Notes: generated from the sequence alone by a model not told the origin. Shown: positions 21,254 to 31,443, counted from the first letter of the stretch. The stretch: 64,000 nt of DNA from Spirochaetota bacterium (GCA_043803405.1 JAZDKB010000020.1:32001-96000), one strand, 5' to 3'. Numbers and translations are program-made.

Positions 21254-22110
21254 AAATATTAGTTACTGGCGCAACTGGATTTATAGGTACTCATGTAATA
21301 AATGAATTATTAAAATCAAGAAATCATGATGTATTTGCTACTGCAATTGAGTCTTCAGACAAAGCAAAGATTTTTGATTGGTTTAAATCTGTTAAATATA
21401 TTGAATGTGATTTAAACAACAGTAAGAAAAATTTCTTTTCATTTTTTGAGCATCCGGATTTACTCATACATCTTTCGTGGCAAGGATTACCAAATTATAA
21501 AGAACTTTTTCATTTTGAAAAAAATTTATTTTCAAACTATTTCTTTATTAAAAACATTATTGAGAATGGTTTAAAAAATCTTTCCGTCATTGGGACTTGT
21601 TTTGAGTATGGCTTACAGGAAGGTTGCTTAAGTGAATCATTTGAAACTAAACCCATAAATTCTTATGGTCTAGCCAAAGATACTCTCAGAAAATTTATTC
21701 TAGAATTAAATAATAAGTTTCAATTTTCTTTCAAATGGATAAGACTTTTTTATTTATATGGAGAAGGTCAGAGTAAAAATTCAATTCTTGAACAATTAAA
21801 AACAGCTTTAGCTAATAATGAAGCAGTTTTTAATATGTCTGGTGGTGAGCAATTGAGAGACTATCTCCCAATTGAAAAAGTTGCGGAATATATTGTTAAG
21901 ATATCTTCTCAAAAAGATTTTACGGGAATTATTAATTGTTGCAGCGGAGAACCTATTTCAATTAGACGATTAGTAGAAAATTATTTAGAAGCAAACAATA
22001 AACAGATTAAATTAAATTTGGGTTATTATCCTTATCCTGATTATGAGCCAATGGCATTCTGGGGTGATGATAAAAAATTAAAACAAATAATTAGTTTATA
22101 TAATTTATAA
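21250..22110 (+). CDS. NAD-dependent epimerase/reductase (probable 4-ketoreductase)
   Basis: VTGATGFIG, GTCFEYG, YGLAK (YxxxK), RLFYLYG, GEQLRDY. Confidence 0.85.
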   Translation: MKILVTGATGFIGTHVINELLKSRNHDVFATAIESSDKAKIFDWFKSVKYIECDLNNSKKNFFSFFEHPDLLIHLSWQGLPNYKELFHFEKNLFSNYFFIKNIIENGLKNLSVIGTCFEYGLQEGCLSESFETKPINSYGLAKDTLRKFILELNNKFQFSFKWIRLFYLYGEGQSKNSILEQLKTALANNEAVFNMSGGEQLRDYLPIEKVAEYIVKISSQKDFTGIINCCSGEPISIRRLVENYLEANNKQIKLNLGYYPYPDYEPMAFWGDDKKLKQIISLYNL

Positions 22111-22201
22111 AATAATATTAGTTAATAGTGAAATACTATCAAAAAAAATATTTTCAAGTCATAAATAACTTACAATATAAATTCAATCTACAAAAGTTTC
22201 T

Positions 22202-23035
22202 TTAAAAGTAAATATTATAATTATTACCCCATGCATATCGAGCCAATTTTAAAGCAAAATTCTTGTCTGCATTTAAAAATAAATCCGTTTGATTATCCGC
22301 AATTAATAAATTATTCAGAGAGGCCTGTCTGAATGTTTCCGATAAAAACCATTCTTCCTTTTTATACCCCTTACCATTTTTCCCAACAACTACAACCTCA
22401 TACCCCATTTTCATAACCTGTTTTGTCAAACAATCTTTACCACTTTCAAATTTATATGCATTCTTTTTGGTTAATATCAAACCACAATGTATTTTATTTA
22501 GAATTTCACGAGAAATTAAAAAACCATTTGTACGTATATGATAATTTGGAAATGGATTATAAAAAAATTTGAGCCTTATAAGTTGAAAATAATGATTAAT
22601 AAATAATTTATAATACCATTTTAAATTATGCCAGTTTACTAAATTAGTATAATAACTTTCATATGATCCACTTGTACCTACCAGCCCTATTTCATGTTTA
22701 ATAATATGATTATACATTTTAAACAGCCATTTATTATCTAAAATACGACTAAATGAATTTAGAAAACAAAAAAATCTGTAATTAAATGTTTTAGCAGCTT
22801 TGAAATATGGTCTAATATCAAAACCAAAATCTTTTACATACATCTCTTTATATGAAATACCCAATAATAATTTTTTGTAATCAGATACTATTTTTTTATT
22901 TGAAAATCCTTTAAATATTATTAGTAAATCGTGCTCAATGCCGCTATCATAATGCAAATATGACTCTAAAAATTTTTTAAATGTATCTATTCCATTCTTC
23001 TCTCTAACCAAATGGACAACACATATCGATTTCAT
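22202..23035 (-). CDS. Hypothetical protein, possibly glycosyltransferase-like
   Basis: Long ORF. GAGG RBS before ATG 23035. GFDI..Y, FCFLNS, HIRTNGF and FESG motifs. Glycan-locus context. Confidence 0.55.
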   Translation of the reverse strand: MKSICVVHLVREKNGIDTFKKFLESYLHYDSGIEHDLLIIFKGFSNKKIVSDYKKLLLGISYKEMYVKDFGFDIRPYFKAAKTFNYRFFCFLNSFSRILDNKWLFKMYNHIIKHEIGLVGTSGSYESYYTNLVNWHNLKWYYKLFINHYFQLIRLKFFYNPFPNYHIRTNGFLISREILNKIHCGLILTKKNAYKFESGKDCLTKQVMKMGYEVVVVGKNGKGYKKEEWFLSETFRQASLNNLLIADNQTDLFLNADKNFALKLARYAWGNNYNIYF

Positions 23036-23135
23036 ATTTTCCTCATAATATAAATAATACAATATTTTTTATAGAATTAGTTATTTTTTGCAGAATGAAA
23101 CAAATATAAATCATGCTAAAATCTTGAAATTATAT

Positions 23136-23987
23136 CTATTTTTGGGCAATAATAGCGATAGCCGGGCCATTTATATGATTTAACTCATGAAAATTAATTT
23201 TAATGTTAGAAAAATTGAAATGCTTCAAACACAATAAAAGATCTTCCTTTGTCAACCAATTACTATATTTTTCTGTTCCTCCACAAAAGCTCATTCCGCC
23301 TAATGCTGTTTTGTATTTATACCGATTTAGCGTGTGTTTAAATCCAGCATGTTCAGAGACAATTGGCCTACCAAATTTATGAGCAATGGAAGGCTTATTA
23401 TTAATAATATCTTTATTGTAATACTGAGTCCATAGAAAAACCGTGTTAGCGACTTTTGATATAGACTCAATCAACTCAACAGGATTAATCATATGATAAA
23501 GTACACCAGAAGCAACGCATATATCATATTTTTCATTAGTATCTAATAGGAATTGTCTAAAATCACCACACAACATCTTGACGTTATGCAAGTTTAGAAT
23601 TTCTTTCATAATTAGGCATTTCATAAAAGCTCGTGTATTAGATTCAATAGCTTTAATTTCGGAAACCCCTGCCTTATGTAGCATGTAAGTATGAGCTGCT
23701 TCAAGTGGACCAAGCTCTAGGATCGTTTTCCCTTTTACTCCGCCAATCTCTTTAATAAGCCAATTGATCCTTTCATCAGTAAATAATTCAGCCGATCCAG
23801 TCTTAATCCCATATTCTTCAGGTAATTTAGAAATCCATTCATCTTTAAAGATATCAACTGCGCATTGAGGAGAAGGTATAACTTTTACATATTGGTCCAG
23901 AATGAATTGCTCACCTCTTAATATTTGTTTTATCTTTAATAGAATTGACTTGACCATGCTTATAATAGAATAAAAATATTTAATCAT
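23136..23987 (-). CDS. Class I SAM-dependent methyltransferase
   Basis: ILELGPLEAAH, YDICVASGVLYHM.NP. GAGG RBS before ATG 23987. Confidence 0.8.
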   Translation of the reverse strand: MIKYFYSIISMVKSILLKIKQILRGEQFILDQYVKVIPSPQCAVDIFKDEWISKLPEEYGIKTGSAELFTDERINWLIKEIGGVKGKTILELGPLEAAHTYMLHKAGVSEIKAIESNTRAFMKCLIMKEILNLHNVKMLCGDFRQFLLDTNEKYDICVASGVLYHMINPVELIESISKVANTVFLWTQYYNKDIINNKPSIAHKFGRPIVSEHAGFKHTLNRYKYKTALGGMSFCGGTEKYSNWLTKEDLLLCLKHFNFSNIKINFHELNHINGPAIAIIAQK

Positions 23988-24130
23988 ATTAACCTCGTAT
24001 TTTATAAACGACGAGAACCCCCTCTTAAATGAAAGTACTTTTTTTCTATTTAATAAGGACACCAAAATAAAAATAATCCTGTATAAAACACTGTGTCCGT
24101 CAAGCATATACTTGTAATTTTTAAAAAAAT

Positions 24131-24638
24131 TTATTCCGGCGCCATTCCGCTTAGTATCCTTTCCGCATCGCTGTTTCTTAAATTTATTTTGTATATCTCG
24201 GAATAAAACTTTTTCATTTCACGGACAATATCCCAGTCCTTAATAAGGGCCTATTGTTTTTATGCCTGCTTCGTGAACCTTGCTGATATTGATTTTTCCT
24301 TTAGGATAAAACACAAGATCAACTTTAAGTTTCAACAGTCTTTCGACATCCACTACACCTGGAGTTGTATTAACCGGAATGTCCTTCAGCTCAGGATAAA
24401 ATTTACATGCCCATGGGGAAGCTTTTTGCGGCAGCAAGGCTATCCTTGATCCGCTGCTCATCATGACAATCTTGTCATAAGCAGGATGATAAAAACATGC
24501 TATTCTTTGCGGGTAATCAGGTATTTCTGTTTTTGTTCCGTCAGGAGCAATGACTGTTCTTGTGCCAGCTGCGTTTATAATACTTGCATTAAAGATGAGT
24601 ATTTTAATTAACATTAAGTATAAGGTTTTCTTTTTCAT
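24131..24638 (-). pseudogene. ABC substrate-binding protein with a large internal deletion
   Basis: N-terminal 132 aa resemble the neighbour 24641-25690. In another frame 24131-~24246 reads LIKDWDIVREMKKFYSEIYKINLRNSDAERILSGMAPE*, matching the neighbour's C-terminus LIKDWDMIKEMKLFYSEVYGKNITDKDAERILQCLPPE. Confidence 0.85.
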
Positions 24639-24640
24639 CT

Positions 24641-25690
24641 TTATTCAGGCGGAAGGCATTGGAGAATCCTTTCTGCATCCTTGTCTGTTATATTTTTTCC
24701 GTAAACTTCCGAATAAAATAACTTCATTTCTTTTATCATGTCCCAGTCTTTAATTAAATCGGGATGGAATATCTTCGCCATGTAAATCATAAGGAGAATA
24801 CTTTCGCCGCTCGCATGATCCCATGGAAAAACTCCCATGGGCAGATGATATAGCTTTCCGTTCTTTACAGCTCTCAGCGATGCCCACTTCGAGTCTTTTT
24901 TTACTTCATCAATAGAATCGCCCCAGCCGCTTATAAGAATTATATCGGGATCCCACGAAAATACCTGCTCCATGCTTACTTCCACAAAGTTATTGTCCAT
25001 AGCCTGGGGCAGAAAATTGCCGCCCGAGACTTCCGTGTTCCAGTGCATTACGCTTGCCTTACCCTGGCTGGAGAGCATGCCTCCTCCTCTCCTTCCTCCG
25101 AAATATACTTTAAGCCTGTCTTTCATATCTATCTTTGAAGTGATGGAGAGGATTCTTTTAATTTTATTATCAAAGTATTCGCAGTATTTATCTGCTCTCG
25201 ATTTCGCGTCAGGACCAAGAAGGTCACCGAAAAAAAGGAACTGCCTTTTAAAGTTATCAATATATTTATCCATGGTTCTGGGCCTTTTTTGTGCTGAAAA
25301 TCCGCACGCGGTTTTAAGTCCGGCAGCTTTGTATTTTTCCGCTTCGGCAGGATTAGGCGAATATAGCACAAGATCTACTTTAAGCTTCAGCATTTTTTCA
25401 AGATTGCCTGTTGCATGAGGATTCTCAATATGATGGTCTTTTACTTCAGGAAACATACTGTAAGCCCATGGCGAGAACTTCATCGATAATACAAGGCGAT
25501 CGCCTTTGCCGAGTATTATAATTCTCTCTGCGGATACGGAATGCATACACGCTATCCGTTTCGGGTTTGCAGGCACCTCGATTTTATTGTCGTCCATGTC
25601 AGTTATTATTTTATAATCACCTGCAATTAATGGTGTATAACACATGATCAATAATAGGAGTAGCGCAAATAGTAAAAAATTTTTATTCAT
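24641..25690 (-). CDS. Metal-chelate ABC substrate-binding protein (BtuF/FepB-like)
   Basis: Signal peptide, ITDM....VP..PKRIA, VSMEQVFSWDPDII, W..LRAVKNGK.Y..P. Confidence 0.85.
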   Translation of the reverse strand: MNKNFLLFALLLLLIMCYTPLIAGDYKIITDMDDNKIEVPANPKRIACMHSVSAERIIILGKGDRLVLSMKFSPWAYSMFPEVKDHHIENPHATGNLEKMLKLKVDLVLYSPNPAEAEKYKAAGLKTACGFSAQKRPRTMDKYIDNFKRQFLFFGDLLGPDAKSRADKYCEYFDNKIKRILSITSKIDMKDRLKVYFGGRRGGGMLSSQGKASVMHWNTEVSGGNFLPQAMDNNFVEVSMEQVFSWDPDIILISGWGDSIDEVKKDSKWASLRAVKNGKLYHLPMGVFPWDHASGESILLMIYMAKIFHPDLIKDWDMIKEMKLFYSEVYGKNITDKDAERILQCLPPE

Positions 25691-25691
25691 T

Positions 25692-26702
25692 TTAACTTCT
25701 CCATGCGTTATTCTGTTTCATCAGGAGATATCCAAGTAGAGGCGCTCCTATAAAAGATGTAATAATGCTTATAGGTATTTCACCTCCAGGGAGAATTCGT
25801 ACTATTGTATCTGTTAAAAGCAGAAATGCCGCACCCAGTATCGCGGCAAACGGGATCAGAACATCGTGATCCGGGCCGATTATCATTCGCGATATGTGGG
25901 CAGCGATAAGGTCGACCCACATTATTATGCCGCAAGACGAGCTTCCTGCCGACACAATGAGCGTGCCGAATAGCATAAACATTATTCTCGCTCTTTTTAC
26001 GTTCACTCCCATCGACATCGCCTCTTCGTCTCCAAGAGCCATCAGGTTAAGCTTCCACCTGAATAAATATATCGCGCTTATTCCTCCCGATATTATTATT
26101 AAGCCGCGAATTACGTTGTTCCATGATACATTATTAAGCCCGCCCATTGACCAGAATATTATGGCTGGAAGCTGTTCGTACGGATCCGCAATATATTTTA
26201 AAAACGAGCCCGCAGCCTGAAAGAATGTAGATACAATAACGCCTGCTATAACAAGCGTAGTTATTGTGTTTACTCCGCGGCTCCCGATTATATAAACTAA
26301 AATGACTGCACTTACAGCCCAGAAAAAAGCAAGGCTTTCTATCGAGAACGCGTTTTTGCTGATAAATATAATCGCTATGGAAGCCCCGAATATAGCTCCG
26401 TGCATAATGCCCAGAAACGAAGGCGACACAAGCGGGTTTCTCATTAATCCCTGAAACACAACTCCTCCGGTTGAGAGAGCCGCCCCTGTGAGTATTGCCA
26501 TAAGCACCCTCGGCAGCCTCACAGACCATAACACTATGGACGGGGTGGATAGCTCTCCATCCGGAATCTGCCCGGTAAGCTTTAATAATATTATTTTCCG
26601 GAGTGTATCAAGTTTTATGTGATACTGGCCTGTTGTGAGGGCAAATATTATACAAAGAACCAGCAGGGTTATTATTATAATGAACGCGCTCTTTTTTCCC
26701 AT
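25692..26702 (-). CDS. FecCD/BtuC-family ABC permease
   Basis: RLPRVL, GVVFQGLMRNPLVSP, LGDEEAMSMGVN, GPDH..LIP, EIPISIITSFIGAP. Confidence 0.9.
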   Translation of the reverse strand: MGKKSAFIIIITLLVLCIIFALTTGQYHIKLDTLRKIILLKLTGQIPDGELSTPSIVLWSVRLPRVLMAILTGAALSTGGVVFQGLMRNPLVSPSFLGIMHGAIFGASIAIIFISKNAFSIESLAFFWAVSAVILVYIIGSRGVNTITTLVIAGVIVSTFFQAAGSFLKYIADPYEQLPAIIFWSMGGLNNVSWNNVIRGLIIISGGISAIYLFRWKLNLMALGDEEAMSMGVNVKRARIMFMLFGTLIVSAGSSSCGIIMWVDLIAAHISRMIIGPDHDVLIPFAAILGAAFLLLTDTIVRILPGGEIPISIITSFIGAPLLGYLLMKQNNAWRS

Positions 26703-26706
26703 TTGA

Positions 26707-27495
26707 TTATTGCTTGTAGTCGGGCAGTACGTATTCTATGCCTCTATCCGTATTTTCTATTGTTACCCTCATGTCGTACATTGACTCAAGTGATTCCGCG
26801 TGAAATATTTTTTCCCGCAGTCCCTGATGCACAACGCAGCCGTTTTTCAGCATAATTAGCCTGCTGCAGTATCTGCCCGCGATATTCGGGTCATGGAGCG
26901 TTATAAGAGTCGTAAGATTTTTTTCTTTTGATATTTTTTTGATGAGTTCCATTATCGTATACTGGCGTTTAAAATCGAGATGAGATGTAGGTTCGTCAAG
27001 AAGCAGTATGCCTGCCTTCTGGAAAAGCGCCCTTGCTATAAGCACAATCTGTTTCTCACCGCCGGAAAGCTCGTTATAACGCCTTCCTGCAAGATACTCT
27101 ATGTTTAGTTCTTCCAACACTTCTATGGCGTTTAAATAATCCTTCTTCTGCGGTATGCCCGAAAAGCCGAAACGACTGCTGCCTCCCATGAGCACAATCT
27201 GCAGTACAGTAAAAGAAAATACAACGTTAAGTTCCTGGGGCACTACGGATATCTGCTTTGCGATTTCCTCACGCGAAAGCTTTGCCAGTTCGCGGCCGTT
27301 TATTACTATGCTGCCGGATTTACATTTTATTATTCCGTTTATGCATTTAAGAAGAGTGGTTTTACCTGAACCGTTTGGTCCCAGTAGCCCGCATATCTCT
27401 CCTGCCTCAACTGAAAAATTTATGTTGTTCAGAATATTTTTCTCGCGATAGCTGAAATCTATATTTTTAATCACAAGGATTTCGCTTTTATGCAT
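26707..27495 (-). CDS. ABC ATPase (FecE/BtuD-like)
   Basis: GPNGSGKT, LSGGEKQ, LLLDEPTSHLD, LHD. Confidence 0.9.
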   Translation of the reverse strand: MHKSEILVIKNIDFSYREKNILNNINFSVEAGEICGLLGPNGSGKTTLLKCINGIIKCKSGSIVINGRELAKLSREEIAKQISVVPQELNVVFSFTVLQIVLMGGSSRFGFSGIPQKKDYLNAIEVLEELNIEYLAGRRYNELSGGEKQIVLIARALFQKAGILLLDEPTSHLDFKRQYTIMELIKKISKEKNLTTLITLHDPNIAGRYCSRLIMLKNGCVVHQGLREKIFHAESLESMYDMRVTIENTDRGIEYVLPDYKQ

Positions 27496-27629
27496 AATTT
27501 GCCTTTAATTATTATATTTTGTATAATTTGCTCTTTCCTGAACCGACAGCAGCCGGGCTCCGGTGTACCTTATAAAACTTCTGAGTCATTCGCAAGTATA
27601 AGCTCAAAAACATTTATGTTCTTTTTTGT

Positions 27630-28688
27630 TTAATCCTTAATAGAAAACTCATCAAGGATCTGCCACGATTTCTCTTCCCCCTTGTTAATGAGTGCCTTCC
27701 ATGCAACCGTTATCTTTCTGTCGTCAATAGTAACCAGAACGTATCCGTGATAATCGTTGTTGTGATATTCGCCCTTTACCCGGCTGTCCTTATATGCGCC
27801 CGACCATGCCCTGAGCCTGCCGCCGCCTGTGCCTGCAATGATTTGTCGGACAGGGTTGCCTGCGCTGTCCGGAATAAGAGCCCTGTTATACATGTGGTCG
27901 TGTCCGCAAAAATAAATCTTTGCTCCTGCTTTCCCTATGCTGTCCCAAAAAAGATCGCGGTCTTTGGAAAAATAAGAAAGATTATCTTTGTGATTCGTTT
28001 CAAACGCTGGCTCGTGAGCATAGATAAAGATGTGGAGCTTTTTAATACCAGCAAGCTGGCGGTTCAGCCATTCCTGGTTTACTTTATGCTGGCTTCCTGC
28101 GTAAAGATCGATCCCGATAATTAACGCGTTTTTATGAGTAAAACTGTAAGTAAGCCCCTGTTCGCAGGCAGGCCCGTTTTGAGGTATATACGATTCATTG
28201 AATACTTCTTTAAATGCTTTCTTTAACTGTAAAGACGCATCCGGCGGAGGTTCCAGATGAGACGGTAATGGCGGCAATGCCAGGCGCTCCGGGCTGTCGT
28301 CGTGATTGCCGCGTACAGGATATACACGTATTCCTGCGCAATAAACCGCAGCCATAGCTTTCTTCCAGTCGGCATACTGGACGTTGTAATCTGTTCCATT
28401 GTTTTTCAGCCAGCCGTTTATAAGGTCGCCTGAAATGATCACAAATTCCGGTTTTTCTTTAACAATATCCTCTGCAATTAAGCGAACTATTTTATCATTT
28501 ATGCAGGATTTATTTATTTTATCATTATTATCGCTCTGCGTATCGCTAATAACTACAAATTTCCATTGCTTTGAATCCGCAGCAACAGGAACGCCGGTAT
28601 TAAAAATGCGTATTACAGCAAATAAAATTAAAGGAATAAGGAGGACAAAAGAATAGATCCTATGCTTAAGTTCGATTTTAGGCGGCAT
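27630..28688 (-). CDS. Exported metallophosphoesterase (calcineurin-like)
   Basis: N-terminal membrane/signal segment. SDTQ, GDL, RGNHD, HEP and CGHDH motifs. Confidence 0.85.
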   Translation of the reverse strand: MPPKIELKHRIYSFVLLIPLILFAVIRIFNTGVPVAADSKQWKFVVISDTQSDNNDKINKSCINDKIVRLIAEDIVKEKPEFVIISGDLINGWLKNNGTDYNVQYADWKKAMAAVYCAGIRVYPVRGNHDDSPERLALPPLPSHLEPPPDASLQLKKAFKEVFNESYIPQNGPACEQGLTYSFTHKNALIIGIDLYAGSQHKVNQEWLNRQLAGIKKLHIFIYAHEPAFETNHKDNLSYFSKDRDLFWDSIGKAGAKIYFCGHDHMYNRALIPDSAGNPVRQIIAGTGGGRLRAWSGAYKDSRVKGEYHNNDYHGYVLVTIDDRKITVAWKALINKGEEKSWQILDEFSIKD

Positions 28689-28727
28689 GATTTACACCTG
28701 TCTGATGGAATACGTCAAATTTGTTAC

Positions 28728-28751
28728 CGTTAAGTAGAAAAAAACATATCG
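28728..28751 (-). promoter_or_regulatory. ModE-type box 1 (upstream of phosphoesterase/ABC unit)
   Basis: CGTTAAGT-N8-ACATATCG, with TGTCAA (TTGACA on -) 8 bp away at 28760-28765. Confidence 0.7.
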
Positions 28752-28808
28752 TAACCAACTGTCAAGTGTTTTATCCGTAAATTTTGTTAAAAAGAGTTGA
28801 CTAACCAT

Positions 28809-28832
28809 CGTTATATTTAAAAAAATATAACG
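28809..28832 (+). promoter_or_regulatory. ModE box 2 (upstream of modD-modA-modA-modB-modC)
   Basis: CGTTATAT-N8-ATATAACG matches the classical ModE consensus CGnTATAT-N8-ATATAnCG. TTGACT at 28797-28802. Confidence 0.85.
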
Positions 28833-28932
28833 GCTTGGATTAATATTTTATTCTCAGGTAAATAAATTTCTAATTTCCTGCTTTACGCTCCCCGGCAAAG
28901 CTTGGAACTAAATGCTATTCAAAGGAGGCATT

Positions 28933-29787
28933 ATGTTTAATTTTATCCAGGATTCGGAAATAGACAGATTTATTGAAGAAGATATGCCGTATGGAGACCT
29001 GACAACTCATCTTCTCGGCATTGGAGAAAAAAAAGGCGAGATTGTATTTTCCTCCCGCGAAGAAACAATACTATGCTGCACTGAAGAAGCAGGCAGGCTG
29101 TTCGAGAAACTTGGAGCAAAAGTTACTTTGATGCTCGCAAGCGGAACAACAGTGCCTCCGAATACGGAATTTTTACGGGCGATGGGTTCAGCGCAGGCAC
29201 TGCACGCAGGATGGAAATCGGCGCTTAATCTGTTAGAGTACGCTTCAGGTATTTCCAGCAGAACAGGTAGGATTGTTGCAGCTGCGCGCGCGATGAATTC
29301 CTCTGTTATGATAGCCTCAACACGCAAATTATTTCCAGGGACAAAGAAAATCGCCATTAAAGCTGTGATGGCAGGAGGTGCGCTTCCGCATAGGCTCGGG
29401 CTGTCCGAAACAATTCTTGTCTTTAAACATCATGCTGTTTTCATGGGCGGCCTGGATGAATTTTTAAAGACAGTGCCAGAGCTTCATTCGAGTGTAAAGG
29501 AAACAAAGATTGTAGTCGAAGCAGATAATTCCGAGGAAGCGCTAAAAATTGCCTCGAGCGGTACGGACATTGTTCAAATAGATAAAATGAAACCCGCTGA
29601 ATTAAGCATGCTGGTTAAAAAAATACGTGCTATAGCACCGGAAGTAAAGATATCAGCCGCCGGTGGTATTAATGAATCCAATGCAGCCGAATATGCCGCA
29701 ACAGGAGTGGATATCCTCGTTCTTTCATCTGTCTATTTCGGGAAACCTGCTGATGTGAATGTCCGTATAATACCAATAAAGGAATAA
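28933..29787 (+). CDS. modD: ModD protein (NadC/QAPRTase-like)
   Basis: EEDMPYGDLTT.LLGI, TRKLFPGTKK, GGALPHRLGLSETILVF, QIDK, AAGGIN. AAGGAGG RBS before 28933. First gene of the mod operon. Confidence 0.85.
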   Translation: MFNFIQDSEIDRFIEEDMPYGDLTTHLLGIGEKKGEIVFSSREETILCCTEEAGRLFEKLGAKVTLMLASGTTVPPNTEFLRAMGSAQALHAGWKSALNLLEYASGISSRTGRIVAAARAMNSSVMIASTRKLFPGTKKIAIKAVMAGGALPHRLGLSETILVFKHHAVFMGGLDEFLKTVPELHSSVKETKIVVEADNSEEALKIASSGTDIVQIDKMKPAELSMLVKKIRAIAPEVKISAAGGINESNAAEYAATGVDILVLSSVYFGKPADVNVRIIPIKE

Positions 29788-29792
29788 TCAAA

Positions 29793-30530
29793 ATGATTAG
29801 ATTAATTTGTTTGCTAATACCTCTTTTTTTTATGCAAATTTCCGTATTTGCCGCTGAGATTACAATAGGGGCCGGAGTGGGATTAAAGAATGTTGTTAAC
29901 GACATTTCAACCGAATATATCAAAAAAAATCCTGATATTAAAATAAATAAAAATTTTGTCGCTTCCGGGGTTCTGGCAAAACAATTGGAAAGCGGAGCTA
30001 AAATTGACATTGTTATAGTAGCAAACAGGGAATGGATGGATTACCTGAAAGAAAAAAATCATGTAAATAACAGCAGCATTACCTCTTTTGCCTATAATAC
30101 TCTGGTTTTTGCAGGCAAAGGTATTAAAAGAGCTGAGTCTCTTAATGAAGTCATTAAGCTTGATAGAATCGCAATCGGCAGCCCAAAAAGCGTACCGGCC
30201 GGCGAATATGCGCTTGAAGCGTTTAAGAATTCCGGATTAGATAAGCAGCTTGAAAAAAAATTTGTCCTGACACGTGATGTACGGGAATGTCTTCTGTATG
30301 CGGAACGGGGCGAAGTTGACGGCGCTTTTGTATATAAGACAGATGCGCTTCTTTCATCTGCTGTTGTGATCTGGTTCAGCGTTCCACAAGAGTATTACAG
30401 CAGGGTAGTTTATCTGTCCGCACTAAGTGCCGCAGGGGCAAAAAATAAATATGCTGCAGAATTTTTTAGTTATATTAACAGCGATGAAGGGAAAAAATTT
30501 TTATTAAAATATGGATTTGAAATCCGTTGA
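29793..30530 (+). CDS. modA: Molybdate-binding protein ModA, divergent paralogue 1
   Basis: Signal peptide, ASGVLAKQL, N.LV, IAIGSPKSVPAGEYA, FVYKTDA. GVGL replaces the usual AASL. Confidence 0.8.
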   Translation: MIRLICLLIPLFFMQISVFAAEITIGAGVGLKNVVNDISTEYIKKNPDIKINKNFVASGVLAKQLESGAKIDIVIVANREWMDYLKEKNHVNNSSITSFAYNTLVFAGKGIKRAESLNEVIKLDRIAIGSPKSVPAGEYALEAFKNSGLDKQLEKKFVLTRDVRECLLYAERGEVDGAFVYKTDALLSSAVVIWFSVPQEYYSRVVYLSALSAAGAKNKYAAEFFSYINSDEGKKFLLKYGFEIR

Positions 30531-30581
30531 TTGGAAGATCAGGATTAATACAAAATATTATATTAAGGAAGAAAAATCTTT

Positions 30582-31334
30582 ATGAAGAAAAAATCACTAA
30601 AATTGCTGTTATGTATATTTTGTACTGTATTGTTTGTTATCCCTGCCTTTGCAGGCGATATCAGTATTTCAGTAGCGGCCAGTCTTAAAGATGTAATGGC
30701 TGAACTGACGCAGAATTTTACCGTAAAAAATCCCGGGATAAAATTTCAAACAAATCTGGGCGGGTCCGGCGCGCTGGCAAAACAAATCGCAAGCGGCGCT
30801 CCTGCTGATATATTCTTTTCCGCGAACACGGAATGGATCGATTTTCTAAAAAGTAAAAAGCTCATAGAACAAAAGAATATAAGCATCATGGCTTATAATG
30901 TGCTTGTGTTCGTAGGGAAACCGGGTTTAAAAGCAAATAAAATATCGGATATTACAACTTTTGAAAAAATTGCAATCGGCAGCCCAAAAAGCGTACCGGC
31001 CGGGGAATATGCGATGCAGGCTATTAAAAAAGCCGGTATAGAAAAACAGCTTGAAAACAAACTTGTTATGGCAAAGGATGTGCGTGAATGCCTTATGTAT
31101 GCCGAGAAGGGCGAGGTGAGCGGAGCTTTCGTTTACAAGACAGACGCCGAAGAGAAGGCCAAAAATGTGAAGATTCTATTCGTTGTGCCTCAGGATATGT
31201 ATTCGCGTGTTACCTACCCGATGGCTTTAACCGCTGCGGGAACAAAAAATCCGGAAGCTGTTGCGTTTTATAAATTTCTGCAGACGGATAAAGCAAAGGA
31301 AATTCTTTTGAGACATGGCTTCAATATAAAGTAA
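30582..31334 (+). CDS. modA: Molybdate-binding protein ModA, paralogue 2
   Basis: VAASLKD, GGSGALAKQI, ADIFFSAN, PKSVPAGEYA, FVYKTDA. Confidence 0.9.
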   Translation: MKKKSLKLLLCIFCTVLFVIPAFAGDISISVAASLKDVMAELTQNFTVKNPGIKFQTNLGGSGALAKQIASGAPADIFFSANTEWIDFLKSKKLIEQKNISIMAYNVLVFVGKPGLKANKISDITTFEKIAIGSPKSVPAGEYAMQAIKKAGIEKQLENKLVMAKDVRECLMYAEKGEVSGAFVYKTDAEEKAKNVKILFVVPQDMYSRVTYPMALTAAGTKNPEAVAFYKFLQTDKAKEILLRHGFNIK

Positions 31335-31443
31335 ATTGTTTTCCCTTTTTCAGATTAAAATATTCTTTATATTTTTACGCCTTCATGGCTATACTTCAAC
31401 AAGTAAGTATTCAATAAAAATTTAGTCAAAATGAGTAAAGTTT

